Shown piece after piece: positions 29,401 through 31,676 of a stretch of DNA of 31,676 bases (position 1 is the first letter of the stretch; the number at the start of each line of letters is the position of its first letter). Origin of the DNA: Candidatus Eiseniibacteriota bacterium (GTDB taxonomy: Bacteria; Eisenbacteria; RBG-16-71-46); assembly GCA_031366795.1 (NCBI GenBank), contig JANLOX010000279.1, positions 1-31,676 on the forward strand, read 5' to 3'. Position numbers and translations under genes: made by a program. A model generated the notes under the pieces. The model was not told the origin of the DNA, did no database searches, and worked only from the letters and a program-made list of their open reading frames with translations.

Positions 29401-29839
29401 GCTGTCGTTGTCGGGTGACCTGCCCAACGGCATGCGCCTCGAGCTTGGCAGCGAGCATCGCCATTCCGATCGCGAACTGCTCCAGCTCGGCAGCTCGCTG
29501 CAGCAGGACATCAACACCGACCTCAATATCAACCTGACCCGCAGCTATTCGCAGGGGCAGAAGGTCAACTTCTTCGGCAAGGAGAGCACGGTGCGCAGCT
29601 CGATCACGATCGGCATCAATTCGCAATACGAGCGACAGACCGGGCGCATCATCCAGAACGGCACCATCCGCAATCCCGTGCGCCGCGACCGCCTCTCGCT
29701 CAACACAACCGGCAGCTACGGCTTCAGCAGCAACGTGAGCGGCAACGCCACGCTCGGCTTCAGCCAGGATCGCGACCAGTTGCGCGACATCGTCCACCGC
29801 AGCATACGCGTCGAGCTGTCGGCGCGGTTCGGTCTGTGA
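23453..29839 (+). CDS. sprA: SprA/Sov-like giant outer-membrane beta-barrel (type IX secretion translocon homologue)
   Basis: 2128 aa with a signal-like N-terminus; SprA-type blocks Y.GDED...QQVDLGN, GLFGMK, GSEVVTING..L.RGTDYEIDY..G, YIDDMEG, WRRYRIP, LWFNELR; C-terminal amphipathic beta strands ending ..SARFGL. Confidence 0.85.
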   Translation: MPMWISLGLSVALLVNVPFFGRVDVQRMLRSRHTHPTAADSLPPPWRNASRLALENQFVQAELPDLSRGPGTTLRFNADPRDLHIQVDPDSGTLRTAPEFGDVAVGEGASWPLGPYGSLAMSRAFQRNWNKNSLANINSLGISTPQGPRQGGYSIALPRLPGKLGNLAGAGGPSINVSGSEAIRISGTSNWTNQQVGPLGQKRSLFPSLDMQQDLNIQLEGQLSDRIRVNLLQNSANQIPLSNRIAINYRGDEDALFQQVDLGNTNLTLPGTQYVSYSGKNEGLFGMKATSRLGPLDFTLLASKQEGRSERASYGGGASKQNSTIRDLEYIHGVYFFLNDPAEGRYEIADATLRVFMDDGISSNDVGALQLGLAMPDPTVAANVARVTHEADSLASYPPGSRDPGPLALRGNFNLLTPGADKDYEILGDIYGTGWKIIRLTQPLIGSQRLAVTYERRKVLAGNALGPAVNVGASSLLDLTTDRNGEKRLLMKLIRIPNDIIGPLAPGGVAAPFDTTKALFPVRELEMRNFYNLGGQRIDPTTFKLTIRKTLTEPPKVNANTTVGQVPYIEILGLDNLNESIDPPQKKAHDGKVDGTVLSSSLRTFIDYENGTLFFPEPRPFAPRLGPGGNAFDQAVSNILFRRDSLTGPQDSDTEPNSALYSHYNIQGDIDARYFMSVEFTAARASGEVSLGRGNLLEGSEVVTINGTALHRGTDYEIDYDLGRMTLKRQLGPADNLNVDYSYAPLFQQAGRTLIGSAFSLQGKDRSFGGAFMYESRGAQDLRPRLGEEPARSLIGDLNTDWMFRPQWMTRAIDMLPGVRTTAPSDFRFQAEVGASFPNPNTRNQVYIDDMEGVRDAVSLTMDQSHWRWSSVPKRAVTVSDGRAGIIESMLDVEDRADGHFKNAETHWYSPYAVVKEGDLKPTLTDAQGKQNTRQVLAISVPRRPLTSNSNPATLDTLWSGLTYSLDPVGLDLTKSQFLELWVNDFNDHHDPGTASPRIRGRHVKIHIDLGKVSEDQMRAPNERPNKLPDSEDKQPRDGQLDVTPGRNEDTGLDGLLDDEELTAITPVDGVYRDLMTSSSSDPEGDDFETPGSNSTFKEEIDARRYLRTNGTEKDKNLNPYPETEDFNLNGNLDTDENYFEYTIDLGDDAGRYLVTDLQQLRNSAEPGYSAVSIDNGWRRYRIPVNDSLRIQFGVPDLSIAQHVRVWLDGLTLPDLPADSTLLAGNKHVERPLLMLGSLDIVGSRWRSVALDTTEVRAGSTLTLNSVNSVDNADVYTAPFDPGQTRNGNQALTRREQSISLEFSRLHAQNEVEAYKTFSLDEDYSRYGKLNWYATGFDVHDSTGAIRNPGLYYFVRFASDEQGRNYYEYRAPLPVSAAPRGTAWQEVQLELTELSNIKLDRRFPTGRDTLFAVPRTAGSLDTLIVKGRPSFTRLRRISFGLVNLLPDGYYRDGQLWFNELRAIDVAKDHGYAERIAVNGRLANLFSYNLAWNGRDENFISVGESRGSGTATSSFGFSGNLDLHRFFEGTGIILPMTFNYSQGRQKPRYSAGDDIVRGNADIERSQTFTDNRSWGVSYSRTWSSRANPLLLYTVGGLTANYNASNSHSLSPLGGDQNNSSSGTLNYNIAPRNLLTVPLLLTKSKFHPLPERAYANYRFDRRDGQTSDRNNVTGGLDDRAPVTGKSGTINMGADTRPLDFYHHHIEAVRNTNLRAYDSKGKPIGLGLGRVITWNQTNDVSFSPHVLQWLRPQLSWNSRFGQNNGPELSQDLSIRSIQNGQQGTVSWELPFGNLSNANAMTRVQQQAPPDSGKARQKPHGPALWRQLTGRLGTIRGEFALNRGSSYSRVIGMPGPLYLFGLTSDPSISPDSTTRVTSVTGNQATTSTGWRTSGRTTVQLPWSMSAATSAEFETRFSTANGAERGSDQLRFPDITLDYGQMATVLKINKLIRNPQLRSALNRQVSKEYQDGHTVKTGVTTLTQYRPLLSLSGDLPNGMRLELGSEHRHSDRELLQLGSSLQQDINTDLNINLTRSYSQGQKVNFFGKESTVRSSITIGINSQYERQTGRIIQNGTIRNPVRRDRLSLNTTGSYGFSSNVSGNATLGFSQDRDQLRDIVHRSIRVELSARFGL

Positions 29840-30768
29840 TACGGCGGGACGCGCGCTTGCGCTCAGGCGCCTGCTTCATCGCGCTGGCGTTGTTGTGCGG
29901 CGCGTGCCAGCCGCGCTTCGCCGTCGACGGCGCCCGCGCCTTCAGGCGCGTCGAACGCCAGGTCGCCGCCGGCCCGCGCATCCCCGGCACTCCCGGCCAC
30001 GATTCGATTCGCGTTTGGATTGAGGATGAATTGACTGGGCTCGGCGCCAAGGTCGAGCCACAGACCTTCATGGACTCGACGCTTGGGCGCCCGATCGAAA
30101 TGACGAACATCATCGGTCACTACGGCCCCGAGGGCGGACGCCGTCTCGCCCTCGTGGCCCATTGGGACTCGCGGCCGTGGGCGGATGAGGACCCCGATTC
30201 AACGCGGCGCAACCAGCCCGTCCCCGGCGCCAACGATGGCGCGTCGGGAGTCGCGGTGTTGCTCGAAGTCGCCGAGTTGCTGAAGAACCGCGCACCGTCG
30301 GTCGGCATCGACCTCGTGTTCGTCGATGCCGAAGACCTCGGCACCCGCCAGAACCCCGACGGCTTCTGCCGCGGCGCCCGCGAGTTTGTCCAGCGCATGG
30401 TCGCCGGCACGGCGCCCCGGGTGTCGGCCGCCTTTGTGTTCGACATGATCGGCGACCGCTCGCTGGACATCCATCCCGAGGTCCGCGCCTCCCGCGAGGC
30501 CGCCAACCTTGTGCAACTCGTCCTCGACGGCGCCCACGCCACTGGCGGCAGCCACTTCGCGAGCGACCCCCGCTACAACCTGGATGACGACCACATCCCG
30601 TTCCTCGATGCCGGCATCCCGGCCGTCGATATCATCGATTTCGACTACCGCGCCTGGCACACCGTGAGTGACACCCCCGACTCCGTCTCCGCCGCGAGCT
30701 TGGCCGAGGTGGCAGCCGTCGCCGCCTGGATCGTCTACGCGAGCCCCATCGCCCACCCACAGCCATAA
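29836..30768 (+). CDS. M28-family zinc lipoprotein, Bacteroidota-type glutaminyl cyclase-like
   Basis: Lipobox-like LLCGAC; AHWDSRPWAD, PGANDGASGVAVLLE, DAEDLG, DMIG, DDHIPF, WHT..D; GTGA overlap with sprA. Confidence 0.85.
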   Translation: MIRRDARLRSGACFIALALLCGACQPRFAVDGARAFRRVERQVAAGPRIPGTPGHDSIRVWIEDELTGLGAKVEPQTFMDSTLGRPIEMTNIIGHYGPEGGRRLALVAHWDSRPWADEDPDSTRRNQPVPGANDGASGVAVLLEVAELLKNRAPSVGIDLVFVDAEDLGTRQNPDGFCRGAREFVQRMVAGTAPRVSAAFVFDMIGDRSLDIHPEVRASREAANLVQLVLDGAHATGGSHFASDPRYNLDDDHIPFLDAGIPAVDIIDFDYRAWHTVSDTPDSVSAASLAEVAAVAAWIVYASPIAHPQP

Positions 30769-30826
30769 ATGGTTGGTGCGCAGAAAATTGGGCTTTGGGC
30801 TATAGCTTGGGTTGTGCGTGGAAAAT

Positions 30827-30948
30827 TGGGTTGTGCTCGGAAGCTTGCGGGTAACCCGAATTCCGGTGATATTCGACTTCCGGCGCTCGTATTTTCAATG
30901 ACTTACGGGCTTTCGGCAGCTCATCCGCAATCTTCCGAGCACAACCCA
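30827..30948. repeat. 24-bp inverted repeat (23/24 match) enclosing an IHF-like site
   Basis: TGGGTTGTGCTCGGAAGCTTGCGG (30827-30850) versus CCGCAATCTTCCGAGCACAACCCA (30925-30948); TTTCAATGACTTA at 30893-30905. Confidence 0.8.
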
Positions 30949-30952
30949 CGGC

Positions 30953-30981
30953 TTGCAGGCGATCGGTACCCCGTGTAGATT
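30953..30981 (+). promoter_or_regulatory. Putative sigma-70 promoter of rimP-nusA
   Basis: TTGCAG (30953-30958), 17 nt spacer, TAGATT (30976-30981). Confidence 0.55.
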
Positions 30982-30989
30982 GGCAAGCA

Positions 30990-31021
30990 GGAGTGGGGCT
31001 GGTGCGACCACTCCGTTTTTT
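30990..31021 (+). terminator. rimP-leader attenuator hairpin
   Basis: GGAGTGG-ggctggtgcga-CCACTCC-G-TTTTTT directly upstream of rimP; resembles the widespread GAGUGG../..CCACUC rimP leader terminator. Confidence 0.75.
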
Positions 31022-31040
31022 GTCTTATCCGGGAGCCGAA

Positions 31041-31589
31041 GTGGAAGTCCGCAAAGAAGTTCACCAACTCGCCCGTCCGCTGTGCGAGGAGGAAGGGCTC
31101 GAGTTGGTGGATGTCGAGCTTGTCTTCCAGGGGCGGCGCATGACGATCCGTATCCTGCTCGACAAACCGGGCGGGATCACGGTGGGCGATTGCAGCCGTT
31201 TCAGCCGGCGACTTGCGGACATCATCGATATGAATCAAAGCGTTCCTGGCAGCTACATGCTGGAAGTCAGCTCGCCAGGGCTTTCGCGGCCTTTGCCGAC
31301 CCTCGAGTCGGTGGGCCGTTTTATGGGTAAGCGCGCGACCGTCACGCTGCACGATGCGCGCGACGGCCGGCGCAACTTCGAAGGCATCCTGCTCGAGCCC
31401 GTTCAGGGCAGGGTGGGGTTGCGAGAAGACGAGCAGCACGATCATTGGTTCGAGTGGACGGACGTGCGATCGGCTCGCCTGGTAGTGGACCCATGGGAAG
31501 GGATCCGCAAGCCCAGTGCGGATCAGGAGCACGGACCACACAAGAGCAAGTCACGGCGAGCCCGCGGGGAGGAAGCCCATGAGCAATGA
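31041..31589 (+). CDS. rimP: Ribosome maturation factor RimP
   Basis: GLELVDVE, IRILLDKPGGITVGDC..FSR, YMLEVSSPGLSRPL; GGGAG RBS before GTG 31041. Confidence 0.95.
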   Translation: MEVRKEVHQLARPLCEEEGLELVDVELVFQGRRMTIRILLDKPGGITVGDCSRFSRRLADIIDMNQSVPGSYMLEVSSPGLSRPLPTLESVGRFMGKRATVTLHDARDGRRNFEGILLEPVQGRVGLREDEQHDHWFEWTDVRSARLVVDPWEGIRKPSADQEHGPHKSKSRRARGEEAHEQ

Positions 31590-31676
31590 GATTCTGGACG
31601 CGCTGAGTCAGATCACGCGGGAGAAGAGCGTGGACCGGGCGCTCCTGATCGAAACGCTCGAGCAGGGGCTTGCAAG
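31579..31676 (+). CDS. nusA: Transcription factor NusA, 5' fragment (truncated by the window)
   Basis: MSNEILDALSQITREKSVDRALLIETLEQGLA matches the NusA N-terminus; GGAGG RBS; follows rimP. Confidence 0.9.
   Translation, partial: MSNEILDALSQITREKSVDRALLIETLEQGLA

Noticed and set aside
30770..30850. CRISPR array or oriC
   Set aside because: Repeats are few, short, degenerate and unevenly spaced; no cas genes; no cluster of consensus DnaA boxes
30769..30978. 69-aa ORF in the M28-rimP spacer
   Set aside because: No RBS, atypical codons, and it overlaps the inverted repeat and promoter

Overview
A high-GC bacterial core-chromosome segment. The SprA homologue, the acpP-fabF-rnc order and a Bacteroidota-type M28/glutaminyl cyclase suggest an FCB-related, non-Bacteroidota lineage, possibly Ca. 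Eisenbacteria-like; this is inference only. Gene order: 'sucD-ndk-yceD-rpmF-plsX-fabH-fabD-fabG-acpP-fabF-rnc -> | <- candidate sRNA <- NtrC-family sigma-54 activator | TPR protein-ECF sigma-ZAS anti-sigma-HtrA-like protein-aroB-aroQ-accB-PilT/PilU ATPase | accC-comB -> <- lptG-lptF | sprA-M28 peptidase | rimP-nusA'. No mobile elements, CRISPR arrays, tRNA or rRNA were seen. Three signals stand out. (1) The gap between rnc and the activator holds an apparent minus-strand non-coding transcription unit of about 155 nt, with overlapping sigma-54 and extended -10 sigma-70 promoters, enhancer-like and IHF-like sites, a folded body and a terminator, directly downstream of an orphan sigma-54 activator. 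(2) The RNase III carries RNase E-like parts: an amphipathic helix, RGG/Arg-rich motifs and a disordered tail of about 290 aa. (3) The HtrA-like protein in the ECF operon lacks the catalytic His and Asp. All calls come from manual reading; no searches or folding programs were run.
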